A stretch of DNA of 32,000 bases from Prevotella phage Lak-A1: sequence record MK250016.1; one strand, 5' to 3'. Below, piece by piece: positions 1-12,282 of the stretch. Both the position numbers and the translations under genes were made by a program. Under the pieces are notes generated by a model. The model was not told the origin of the DNA. It did not search any database and was given only the letters and a program-made list of their open reading frames with translations. Numbering within the stretch: the stretch's first letter is position 1; each line of letters opens with the position of its first letter.

Positions 1-2
1 TA

Positions 3-3000
3 ATTATAGAGGGATATTATAATAAGACTGATGGAAAACTTTATAAAAATATATAGGATTTAGGAGATCAATATTATTTCAGTAAAGTATATTTTGGTAT
101 GTTAAAATTAAATAAATTTAATGTATATTCAAGATATTAGGATTTTACTAAATTTATTGGAGAAACTGATAAAGTTGTTAAACCTAATATACCTAATGAT
201 AGTGATTATAGATATAAGGTTGCACATATTACAATACGTTCTGTTTCAGATGAAGCAGAACTAAGAGAAATAAAACAATACCTTCCAAATAATGAATTAA
301 TATGGGAAGAAAAAAATAGTGTTTTATGGATAAAATCAAACGATAAAGTAGTACAGATTGGAGGTACTAGTAATTCAAATAATAATGGAAATCAAAATAA
401 TAATAAAGATAGTATGACACAAGAAGAATTAATAAAAGCCCTTAAGGAAATGGGTATTGTTTATGATTCAAATAATGGATTAGAATTAGAATAGGCAAAA
501 GTTGAGGATATTACTTTTATTAATTCTAATTTAGCTGACAAATATGTTTATTCAATAGATTCAGAAGGTAATTTACATTCAACAATTGTTCCTAAAGTTT
601 CACTTGAATCAAGAGTTGCTAATAAAAATTTATATGAAACATCTAAACCAGGATCTACTTTTACACCAAGAGGATTTGTTGCAAATTTAGTATGTGGTGA
701 AAAAAATGAACAATTAGGAATTGATAATAATTTAAGTGCAAGTACAACAGGTTCAATATTAAATGAATCAGACCGTATTCATATATCTTAGTTCTATGCA
801 CCATTATCAACAGATATTGCAGAAGGAAAAATAGGATGTTCTCATGCATTCATAGAATTAACTAATACATCTACTTTTGATTTTTAGTTAGATGGATGTT
901 ATTTACATTTCTTCAGTCTTAGTGATACAGGTGTTACAACATATTATAATTTACCATTAAAAGGTGTAATTCCCGCAGGTAATACTTTCTTAATCAGAGG
1001 TAAAAAATATGCAGATTATAAGAATTCAAATGTATTCATAAAAGTAAGTACATTTGATATGGAATGGTTCAGTGAAAAAAATGAACTTATTGATTTAACT
1101 GTAAATACAACATATAATGGATATGCATTAGCATTAACATATGGTAATACTGTTGTTGATAATGGTGTAGAAACAGAAATTTCACCTGTTACAACATTAG
1201 CAAAAATAGATATGGATAACTCTTACAAATATAGAGATAATTATATCGATGGTATTATATATTCATTTAAAGTTGCAAATATTCCAAATACATATAGAAC
1301 ATGGGCAATATTTAATTCCGGATATAATGTATTATCTAACAGTTTATTCAGAGAAACTTTCTTACTTGATCCTGCTAAACAAGGATTTTAGGCACTTTGC
1401 TCTAATAAGAAGGATTCATCAAGAGCTCGTCATGAGAAGAATACAGACTTTACTTTGTTATCTCTTGCTAATGAGTTTATTGAATTCCCTAAATCTGATT
1501 CAGTAAAAGCAGTTTCCGATTATTCTCCAAGAGCATCATTTGAGCATAAAACAGTTATTACTGAAAAGAGTAATATCGATTTAAATAAGCCAAATATGAT
1601 AACTTGTGCATTTGGTATTAATATGTTAACAACACGTTGTTTCAACTGGATTTCTGGAGGTATTTTTGATGAATTTATTTGGGTTAGAAAGAAAGGAAGT
1701 AATACAGCATGGAAAGATTGTGCAAGATATGAATCATATACAAGTTCAAAATGTAGTGTTGTAACTGAGCGTTCTACAAGTGAAATTACAAAGAAAACAT
1801 TTAATGAAAGTGAAACAGCATAGAAAGAAGCAAAAACATATATTTATGACAGAATAACAGGAATATTCCCTGGTACAACAACACAATATACTGCGCATAA
1901 AGTTATTATTAATTTACCAACACCTTCATCTGGTACATCAGAATATGAATATTGTGTAGGTCGTGCTTTACTTGATGGAAGTCCTGATCCTGCACACAGT
2001 AATGTAAATGAACTTTATACATTTACTATGTATTCATCAGCATATGTTCCACGTATTTATCAGACATCAGACCAATAGGGATTCCATTGGATTGAATATC
2101 AGGTTTGGGCAGGTGCTGCTAAAAAGTTAAATGAATATATTGATTCTACAAAGGGAACACAATATATGCCTGTATTAGTAAATACTGGTGATATGACACA
2201 ATCTGGTTCCCGTATTTCAGAATGGTTTGATTATTATGAAGCTGGTAAATGTTTATTCAATCATCTTGAATAGATGAATGTTGTCGGTAATAATGACTTG
2301 GCTAATATAGATCCTACATTATTAGGAAATGGTGATGACTCTGGTAAATCTAATTCATTCTATTTCCATGTATTCTATTGTTATGAAGTAGATAATTTTG
2401 GTAATACTGCATATCCTATAGTTAATAAGAAATATATTCCATCTTTATATTATTTCGGAACAAATGATTACAGATTTATTATGATTAATTCTGAAATTAC
2501 TACTAAATGTTGTAGTGACTGGTTCGGTATTAGTAATTATAATATATACACTGGTTATACTATTGGTTCAACTGGTAATACGTATAAAACAGATAATACA
2601 TGGACACCAATTTATGATAGATTATTTGCAATCATGAATAGCTTTACTGGTAAACAATTTATTACTGCAGTTCATGAAATGCCATTTACTGTTATTACTA
2701 AGGCAAATATTAAGTATGATACAAAAATAATTGCTGCACAACGTAGTGCATCTGGTACATCATTAGTTGGTTCTCACATGAATTCAATAACAGCTGAAGA
2801 TACTGGATATGGATTTAACTGGTTCTCACGTTTACTTGAATATTTTGCAAGTAAAAGTAAAACTAAGTTATGTATTGGTGGTCATAAACATACATATGCT
2901 ATGACATTCCCTATTAGAGAAAATTATACATATACAAATAATGGTGTATCTGTAGATTCAAAGACAACTCCAATGCCTATGTCTGCTACACTTAATAACG

Positions 3001-3569
3001 CAATTGAAAAATCTGTAAAATGGACAAAGAAATATACATATAATGCTGAAACATGTACATTTACAGAAAGTACTTCTGGTACAAATGTTGTAAATACAAG
3101 TAAATTACCATATATACCAACAGATGTAAAATCTATGACATATAAAGGTTCTACAAGTATTGCACAGGCAGCAAAAGCAGCAAATGGTTTCTTACCATAT
3201 CAGTATTTAAATACATTGAATACAACAAATGCAATTACATATTTAATGTGTCAGGCAACTGGTTATAAGTATTCATCAAATAAGGAATTACCTGCATACA
3301 CACAGGCATTCTCTGAACTTATACCACAGACAACAGAAGCTGAAAAACCTGCAAATACATAGAAATTCCCAATGTTTATAGATATTGTATTGAATAATAC
3401 AACTATTTCTTATAAATTAATAAGTGTTGCTAATGTATTTGATAGTGCATATTTATTTACACCACTTACATATGGAAAAGCAGATAGTGAATTAAAATAT
3501 ATGAAGATCAATGCCGGAACTTTATATGGAAGTTGGCAATCAAATTCAACGAATTTAAAAACACTTTAA
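3..3569 (+). CDS. Large virion-associated/hypothetical protein, 5'-truncated by the window; lamin-tail-like domain plus calcineurin-like metallophosphoesterase domain (TAG=Gln)
   Basis: Frame 3 is open from the window edge to TAA 3567-3569 once TAG is sense. Joins track ORFs 1059-1391, 1455-1823, 2274-3362 and 3372-3569, all in the same frame. I read 10 in-frame TAG codons (e.g. 54, 138, 492, 789, 885, 1389, 1821, 2076, 2271, 3360) and no in-frame TAA/TGA. Protein continuity is good across each TAG. Confidence 0.9.
735..1240 (+). other. Lamin-tail-domain-like (LTD) region inside the first CDS
   Basis: Translation ...HAFIELTNTSTFDFQLDGCYLHF...TTYYNLPLKGVIPAGNTFLIRGKKY... resembles the LTD pattern 'hIELyNtsd..idLsGw.l......l..g.tIpaggyfLir'. 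The Q in DFQLDG is a TAG codon. Pattern recognition only. Confidence 0.5.
2040..2910 (+). other. Calcineurin-like metallophosphoesterase domain
   Basis: Ordered motifs: TSDQQGFHWIEYQVW (about 2064-2105), GDMTQSG (2187-2207), NVVGNNDL with GNND in place of GNHD/E (2286-2297), VHEMPF (His at 2673) and GGHKHTY (2877-2897, the GHxH motif). Confidence 0.8.
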
Positions 3570-3596
3570 TAAAAATTATTACTCTAATATAATAAT

Positions 3597-6500
3597 ATGA
3601 AATATAATGGAACTGATAATATTATAACTGATAATGATATTCTTGTTACTTCCGGAAGTGGAAGTAACAAGGATCTTCATACAGTTATTGAAGAACAACA
3701 ATATGATATTGACACCTTGAAATCTAACGTTAAGTGGATTTATAAGTATGGTGGTGTTGGAAGCGGCTCTGGTGGTTCAGGAAGTGGATCTGGTTCCAGT
3801 GGTAAATGGTCATTTGATGTAAATATTAATGACATACCATTGAATATCAATTCAACAATGGATTTATCAAAGAACTTGGTTGGTGATATAGCTCCTGTTA
3901 CAGTATCAGTAACAATTAAGAATCCTTCTGTAGGTGGTTATCAATTTAAATTGCAATATGGTTATGACGATGGATTATTTTAGACATATCCAACATTCTT
4001 AAATACAGAGAATTCATGTTCTGCAACATTTAACCTTAAAATTTCTAAGAACTCACAATTAGTTATAAAGGTTACAGATATTGATAATAATTATAAGCAA
4101 TCTACTTTTAAATACTTTATTTATGGTCTCGATTATTCATTAACACCAATGACATATAATAATAGCGGTAATTTATATGAACTTAAAGATACTGACTATA
4201 AACCTAGTTTATTTCCACAAGGTGTTATTTATAGATTAAAGATTAATAACTTTGGTGGATTCCAAATTAATTATAACGTAACTAATACAATAAGTTATAA
4301 AATTATATCTATTAATGAACAGGATTATACAAAATATAATACTGATAAAAATGCAGGTTCATACTATGATGCAACAGATAACAGTGGATATTTATCAAAT
4401 AGTGATACTACTATAACATTAGATTATTTAATCACTAATACTACATTAAAAGATGAACTTAACTTTGGTTCTCAAACATTTATTGCGAATATCAATAACT
4501 TAAATAATGGTTAGATTATACATAATGAAGTATTATAGGAATACTCAATTGTACCAGATACTAATCAATATGTTATTTGTTTGACGGAATCTATTAATGG
4601 TAAAGTTTATACAGATAAAACCGGAATTACTACAGAAGATGCAGAAGCTAACGCTTTTTATGCAGGTGATTATATTTCATTTAAATTAAGACCATTTAAC
4701 TTCGCATCTGATAGTATTACAATTAACTATACTTTAATTAATGAAGATAATGGTATTAATACATCAAGTACTATTAACTTAAAAGCAGGACGCTATACAT
4801 CTCAAACGTTTAACATATATACCGGTTGGAATAAATTAATACTTAATAATGATATTGTAAAATACTATTATGGTAAAAAAGTATCTGCAGATGTAAAATG
4901 GTATAATAGAGATGGTAATGATAACTCTAAATATAATGATGTTGATGTATCATATGTACGTTTTTATGATAGTATATCTGAAAACATGAAAAATGATCCA
5001 TATTTTAAATAGTTATATGTTAATAATTATTTAGAGTTAACAAGAGATATAAATGCAGCAGATAAAGTTATAGATTTATATAAGAATAAAACTATTAATA
5101 TTAACAATTTAAATGATACCCATTTTGCATTTGGTATACAATTATCTGCATCTAATGATACAAATGATGTATTGTTTGAATTAAAAGATAATGCTCATGA
5201 TACATTATTTTAGATAACATAGAGTTCTATTATATGTAATAAATTCACAAAAGATAATGATATTAAAGTTTATATTCCAAAGGAAAATAATTATGTACCA
5301 TCAGATTTAAGTAAATATCACTTAGTAGATATTCATATTAAAAAACTTGAACCATATACATTAACAAAAACAGTAAATAACACTTCCTCTGTTGATATGC
5401 AATATTATTTAAATGATTTAAAAGATGATATTGATGTTAATACATCAACAAAAGGAAAACAATATGTTATTGAAGTATATATTGATGGTATTACAGAAGG
5501 TGTAACTAACTAGTATGTTGTAACATTCCCAAATATTTAGTATATATATTTAAAAAATGTAAATGTTTCATATACTTTATTTGAACTTGGTAAATTTAAA
5601 AATAATAAATTTAGTTTTAACGACATTGATGCATGTATATATTACTATACATATAAATATGTAATAACTAAAGGTACAGGAGTATCTGAAAAAAATATTA
5701 GTTTAATATCACAATTATCAACATTAGACTATAATGCAACTGAAAATAAAAATGATTTAGCGAAATAGCTTGTATTACGAAAGCATAATCAATTATGTTT
5801 ATCTAAAGACTATGTAAGCTATTTGAAAGCATACTTATAGATACCTATATATATAATTAATGTTGCACATACTCGTGAAAATGATAATACTGTTTCTATT
5901 TTCCAGTGGTTAAATGCAACATATAAAGAAACAGATAATATTGAATCATGGCCAATACAAACAACTAGTGTTAATGGAAAACATAAAACTGGTATTACAT
6001 ATGTTGCACCAGATATGAAAGATGGTGTTGAAATAGAATTCCCAGATGATGATGCATATACACAGGCATTATTTAAATTAGATATTCAGGGTTCATCAAC
6101 ACGAGAAAACCATGGTAAAAACTTAGATTTGAGTTTAGTAAATAAAGATACTGTTACAAATACAAAGTTATTATATTCACCAAACTTTAATGAAAATGAT
6201 AGTGATACATATTTACCAGAATCCAAATTTACATTAAAAGCCGATATTGTCGACTCTGGACACTCTAATAATACTGTAATGGGTAAATTCATTAATAAAA
6301 ATACATAGAAGTTTAATACAGGTTCAGAAGGTCAATATAAGAATTATATTAAAAACTGTCTTGAAGGCTTCCCATGTGTTGTTATATTAAATGTAGACTA
6401 TGAAATTGCTGGTTCAACATCAGAATATTATTTCTTAGGTATATATAATTTCAACTTAGGTCGTGGTTCATATTCTAACTTAGGATATGTAAATAATTCT

Positions 6501-9500
6501 ATATTTAACGCAAAATTGGAATCTGTTTCAAACAATAAACCTTTCTTATTCTTTAAAACTACTACAGATGAATATGAGTTAAGAACTGATTTTGGTTGTG
6601 CCGAAATTACAGGTAATGACCCTAAATTTGATTTCTCTCAATGGGATGATACTATATTATATCCATTTGAAAATGAGTCTGGTAACTCATATATGTGGGA
6701 TGATATTGTTACAAGTCAGGAAGGTGCATTTAAACTTGCATTGAAATATTTTGTAAGAGATATTGCTATTACAGGTGGTTATATATTTGATTATTTAGGT
6801 AAAGGAGCAATAGACCATGAGACATGGGATCAGAACAAATGGGGTTATATCGGATGTGTACCAGATGTTAGTAGACAATATAGTAGAAATTCATAGGATC
6901 TTAATCATGCATCATATAATCCAAATATTAAAGTACCTGATAAAGGTCCTAAATGGGAACAAATTTTCCAACGTACAATGTAGGATGGTTATGAATATAA
7001 TGGTAATACATCATATTCTAGATTAGATTATACATCTGCTGTTGAATATTATACTATTTGTATGGCGTTCGGTTTGGTTGACTCTGTATAGAAAAACTTA
7101 AACGTAAAAACATGGACATTAAATAAAAAGAATCTTAAAGAAACAGATCCGGATGAAAAAGAATTAACACGTTCTAAATTCTATGTTTCATTCTATGATA
7201 TGGATACATGTTTAGGTATTAATAATAACTCAAAGGATACTACAACATTCTGTTTTTCTGATTATTGGCAATCATCTGAAACTGAATAGAATGATATACA
7301 TGTACTTACATCTATTAATTAGTATAGAGACTATTTTACAAATATTGATCCTATTACAGGTAAGGAAAATGGTGAAATTGGTTATGATATACCTTCTTCA
7401 TTCTTATTTGGTGTTGCTAAGTATGGAACAGAAGTATTCAATACTGATGAACAATTAAGTTTGGATTATTTGGAATACCCAACACCTACATTATTATGGA
7501 TACGATATAGAGCTAGTAATACAGCAGCATATGATAAACCTGGTACAGGTTCATTACAAAGTGCTGAGTATTTTATGAATACTTATTATAAAAAACACTT
7601 GGAAGGTGTTAATGAACTGGTATTTAATTTAAATTATAAGGCAAAATATCTTGTATATAATATATAGGAGGATTGGACATTTGATCCTAATAATAAAGAT
7701 AAATTTATTGGCACATATACTATTAGTAATAAATCTGAATACGACAGTAAATTCCATGGTGATATAGAAAAATTCAGAGGTAGATCAATATATCGTGTAT
7801 ATGATTGGTTAAATTCACGATTACATATATTGGATGCATATTTCAATTTATATGATGGATATGAACTTTTATCTGTAACTGATGTAGAAAAAGAACATCA
7901 GCTAGTTAAAAATGAGAATAATATGTAGCTTGTACAATTACGATTAACAGATCCAAGAGTTAATGTTTTAGCAAAATTATTAAATTCTGCTAAAGATATA
8001 AACATTAAAGATCAGATCTTTAAATCTGGTGGTGATAGTGATCCAAAAATTGATTTCCCTACAACACCAATTACACTTCAAGTTAAAGCATAGAATTATT
8101 CACCTATTATGTTTGATGTTGGTGGTACAATTAAAGCTAAATATTTGTTGAGATCTTCTGCTAATACGTATTAGATAACATTTAGTGGTTCTGGTAATAT
8201 CGCATTTGCATTATACGGTTCTAATTAGATAACATATATGAGTAATATTACATGGTATACACCTACAAGTATGATAATTAAATCAGATAACCTTACAACT
8301 ATATATGGTAATAATCCAAACTATAATGTCGCTATTTCAAAAATAGAATCACCTGCATTGCAAAGTATTGATTTAACAGGATCTAGATATTCAGGTTCAT
8401 TATCATTAACAGAATCAAGTAAATATGTAAACTTATCAACAATTAATATATCAAATTCATAGATAAACTTAACTGCTACTGAAATTAATGTACAGTCAAT
8501 TAATGTAACAAATGTATATGCTACAAACTGTGATATATCAAAATGTAGTAAATTAAAAACATTAAAATTAAATGGTTTAACATTATCTAACCAACTTACA
8601 TTAACTGTTAATTATGCAAGTAATGTTTTATTTAATGAAATTGAAACAAAATATTTTACAGTAACAAGTTCTGTTGTAAACCAAAATAATACATTAGTTA
8701 TTGATGGTTCAAAAAATAAATTCCAGACACTTAAGGAATTAACAATATCTGGTTTTGCAAAAGTAAAAATTTTCAATTGTCCAAAATTAGAGAGAATTAA
8801 TATTTCCGAAATTATTTCTGGTGATGCTACAAAAGATATATATTTAACTGAATTAGCAGTAATTAATTGTAGTACGGATAAAACTGTTACAACATTTACA
8901 GTAAAATCAAATACATAGAAAACAATAGATTTACATTCGTTCAGTAAATTAGCTCGCGTATGTTTTTATGGTACATAGAATTTTGAATAGGTTATTTTAC
9001 CAGAAACATTGGGATTATATGGAAGTGAATTTGGTAATTGTAAATCATTGAAATATGTAGATATTCATACAAATGCAGGTTCAAAAGCAAGTAAAATTAT
9101 AATAAAAGGATACAGTCAATATAGATTATATTGTAATGAAAAGAGTTCGAGTGACGTCGGATTTAATACATATCTCGTACCAAATGTAGGATGTTTTTAT
9201 AATTGTTATGAATTTAAAATGGAGCGATCTATTAATGATAATTCTATAACACCTATAAGAGTTGATTCTTCAGTAACTTCATTAACCTGGTTATTTGGAC
9301 TTGATGCTAAACATAAAAATATAGACTTAACTAAAATTGCTAATTTTATAGATAATATTCCAGATAATAATAATATAACAGATATTAGTTATTTCTGTAT
9401 GTTATAGACTGGTATTCAATTAACAAAAGAATAGTTTATAGCTGACGGACCAGATAAAGCAACATTACATTTAGGAAAGTTTGCAAGATGTAACAGCATA

Positions 9501-12203
9501 ACTAGTGCATTCTATTGTGATAATATTTACATTAATAGATGGATTTGGTACAACAGTTCAAAATCACAAGTATTTAAATCACCAACAATTAAATGGTTAT
9601 TTGGACTCAACAAATCACTGAATATCTACATGACAATTGATTGTTTATATCCGATTATAAATAAAATTGAAGGTTTATTTGTATATGCAGAATATATATG
9701 TGAAATTAGTCCTATATATTCGGGAAAGTCTTAGACATTTAATATATATACAATTCTTACTGAATAGAAAAAGAAAGAAGCTGCATGGGTAAATAGAGAT
9801 ACTTATACAAAACAATATACATTTAATGGTACAATAGGTGAAATAATAGAAAATACACCAGTTCCTGCACGTGCATTGTTTGTATAGGAAAATACAACAA
9901 GTCATACAGTTGATGCAGAAGATAATAAAAATGCCATTTATCCAATATCCATGACTAAATTTGAGGCAATAACATTAAATAAAGGGGTTATATGGAATTT
10001 ATATGGATTATTTAGTAAAAAATGGAATCTTAGTGTTATTGATTATTTCCAACATAATAAAGAATTCACTAATCCTATAGAATATGAAGATTTATTTAAT
10101 ACTGCATTTATACCAGAAAAATTAATTAATATTGGTTCAAGTTTAAACACTTCATTCCCTACATCTGTTGATTATGATAGATTTTTAGATTTCAAAAAAT
10201 TAATTGATAATTATGATGATGCTGCTCCATTGTATGCATTGTTTAATAGACGTAATGGAGATGATACGACTAACGCTGCTGGATTAGCTTTTACAAAACA
10301 TATTTCATCAGATCTATTTAAAGAATGGATGGTAAAAATATTTAAAGCTAGTAATTCACACGGTGTTATTAATTTATTTAGAAATTGTAATATATTTGTT
10401 AGTGAAGCAGAAGCAAAAAATAATTGTAATTTTAGTGTTAAAAATATATTTGAAAGTTGTGGTGAACCAGAAGAAATAATAAACACAAAAATTCATAATA
10501 TATTTAGTTTATTCAATAATATGCATGCATATGTAAAAGGAGCAGAAATAAAGGACACAAATATACAATATATGAAATTTGGTACCGATTTATTTACATA
10601 TCTTCCTAATATAACTGTGGTTGCATATGCATTTTATAATAATTATTGGTATAATGCTATACCATTTAATATGTTTAATAAACGATATAAATGTGATGAT
10701 GATTATGTTTATTTGGAAGTAAATCAAGATGGTAAAATAGCAACAGAAGCTGATACAAAAAAAATACGTAAACGTATAAAATATGTAGCATATGATTATA
10801 AATAGGATATAAGTTATATTTCTTGTTGCTTCTCAAATTTACATTTTGATCCACTCACCACATCAAATAGATATAATACAAATAGTGATATTATTAAAGA
10901 AGCAGGTATAAATTATTACCAATTTGTAAATGAAGATAATTCTGTTATAAATGAAGATGAAAAGTTCTACTTATCTGAACCTATTACAGTTAAATTAGAA
11001 AAAACTGGTGCAGCTAGTAAAACCATTCATCCATCATATGAATATATAGATACATTAAATCTAAATGGAGTATTTTATGAAGGTGACTTTAAAAAAGCAG
11101 GAACAGCAGATGGTATTGTAACAAATAGCACATCAGGAGTACAACGAATGAATAATATCATGTCAGAATCAATGTCTAATTATACAAATAGTCTTATTGT
11201 TGCACCTGATTTATTGTATGGTTGTACAAGTTCATGTACAATGACGGATTTCTTATCATAGACGAACGTTAATACAAATATGTTATGTGGTATTTTACCT
11301 AAACATTTTTATAAGAACATAAAAACATTAAGTAACGGAACATATGCAGTATTTACCAATTGCATTGTAATACCAAATTATATAGGTACATATGTAGATT
11401 ATAATTCAGATGGAACAAGTAAATTACGTTACAACGTATATTCATTTATTCCTGAAGAATTTACAACATCTGATATGACTAATTTATAGGATATGTTTAG
11501 ATTCAAAATACATTGGCCAAAACAGGGTCAAATGGAATATGGTTGTCAAACATATGATTTCTATGTATTATCAACTTGTAAATCATTTGATTCTAATATT
11601 ACATCATTAGAAAATGCATTCCCTGTAAGTTTAATTAATAATATGTAGTCATATAATAATGTTCCAATTGATTATAATACATCAAATAGATCAATTCACT
11701 TTAATTTACAATGTACATATTTAGAAGAAGATTACACAGAAAATAAGAAATCAGAGATATTTGGTAATTTGAATTATAATAATTTAAAATATTTAAAAAC
11801 ATTCAGTACTGGTTTAAATATGGAAATATTTACAAAATTAAATGTAAGTAATTTAATAAATCATATTAATATATTATATGGTTATTTTGGAAATATATTT
11901 AATCAATCATACAGTGTATCAAATATGATATTAACTGAAAATAAATATTGTATTTCATTAGTTGCTAATTCAGTATATCAGGCACATTAGTTATCTTGTA
12001 ATATAGTATTCCCTATATGCAGTAATACTAGTGAAATAACAAAACGATTATTAAATTTTACAAATATACCAGCAGGTGCGAAATTTAATACATTAATTGA
12101 TATGTTTGTTTCAGAAACTAATAGATCATTCTATGAAAATATGTATGATTCATTCTTCGTATTTACAAATCAAACAAGACCTCAATATTCAACATTTGAA
12201 TAA
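3597..12203 (+). CDS. Giant (about 2868 aa) virion/adhesin-like protein: Gly/Ser linker, CotH-like region, BspA-like leucine-rich repeats (TAG=Gln)
   Basis: ATG 3597 to TAA 12201-12203, all in frame 3. Joins track ORFs 3597, 4149, 4581, 6015, 6516, 7461, 8238, 9009, 9951, 11280 and 11769. Only TAG codons interrupt the stretches I translated. A terminator hairpin follows immediately. Confidence 0.88.
3750..3803 (+). other. Gly/Ser-rich flexible linker (GGVGSGSGGSGSGSGSSG)
   Basis: Direct translation of 18 codons. Confidence 0.9.
6000..7260 (+). other. CotH-kinase-like region
   Basis: FKLDIQGSSTREN...KNLDLSL (G-x-SSxR...K pattern), ESKFTLKADIVDSGHSNNTVMGKFIN, CLEGFPCVVILN..YYFLGIYNFNLGRGS, VEYYTICMAFGLVDSVQKN, and FYVSFYDMDTCLG (like the CotH D-x-D-x-x-x-G motif). 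Remote resemblance from memory of the family, not a database hit. Confidence 0.5.
8400..12000 (+). other. BspA-like / divergent leucine-rich repeat region
   Basis: Repeated 'C.SLKYVDI', 'L.ELTISGFAKVKIFNCPKLERINIS', 'CKSFDSNITSLENAFP', 'KCSKLKTLKLNGLTLSNQLTLTVNY', 'DMTNLQDMF' style segments. Confidence 0.5.
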
Positions 12204-12210
12204 TACAATG

Positions 12211-12250
12211 AAGAGAGATACAACTGAGATTTGTATCTCTCTTCTTTTTT
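12211..12250 (+). terminator. Rho-independent terminator
   Basis: 13-bp perfect stem aagagagatacaa (12211-12223) / ttgtatctctctt (12231-12243), 7-nt loop ctgagat, then ctttttt. Confidence 0.9.
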
Positions 12251-12282
12251 AATAAATATAAAAAGAATTTTAATGAATATAA
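12251..12282 (+). promoter_or_regulatory. Conserved leader/promoter box AATAAATATAAAAAGAATTTTAA
   Basis: Same box as at 16952 and 18712. Directly follows the terminator T-tract and starts 32 nt before ATG 12283. Confidence 0.55.

Noticed and set aside
661-7026. Out-of-frame ORFs 661-849 (-), 1249-1506 (+) and 6817-7026 (+)
   Set aside because: Overlap continuous code-15 coding sequence in another frame. Compositional artefacts.
6086-10486. Antisense ORFs 6086-6292, 7634-7846, 9675-9905 and 10211-10486 (-)
   Set aside because: Fully embedded in the frame-3 giant gene with no supporting motifs or expression signals.
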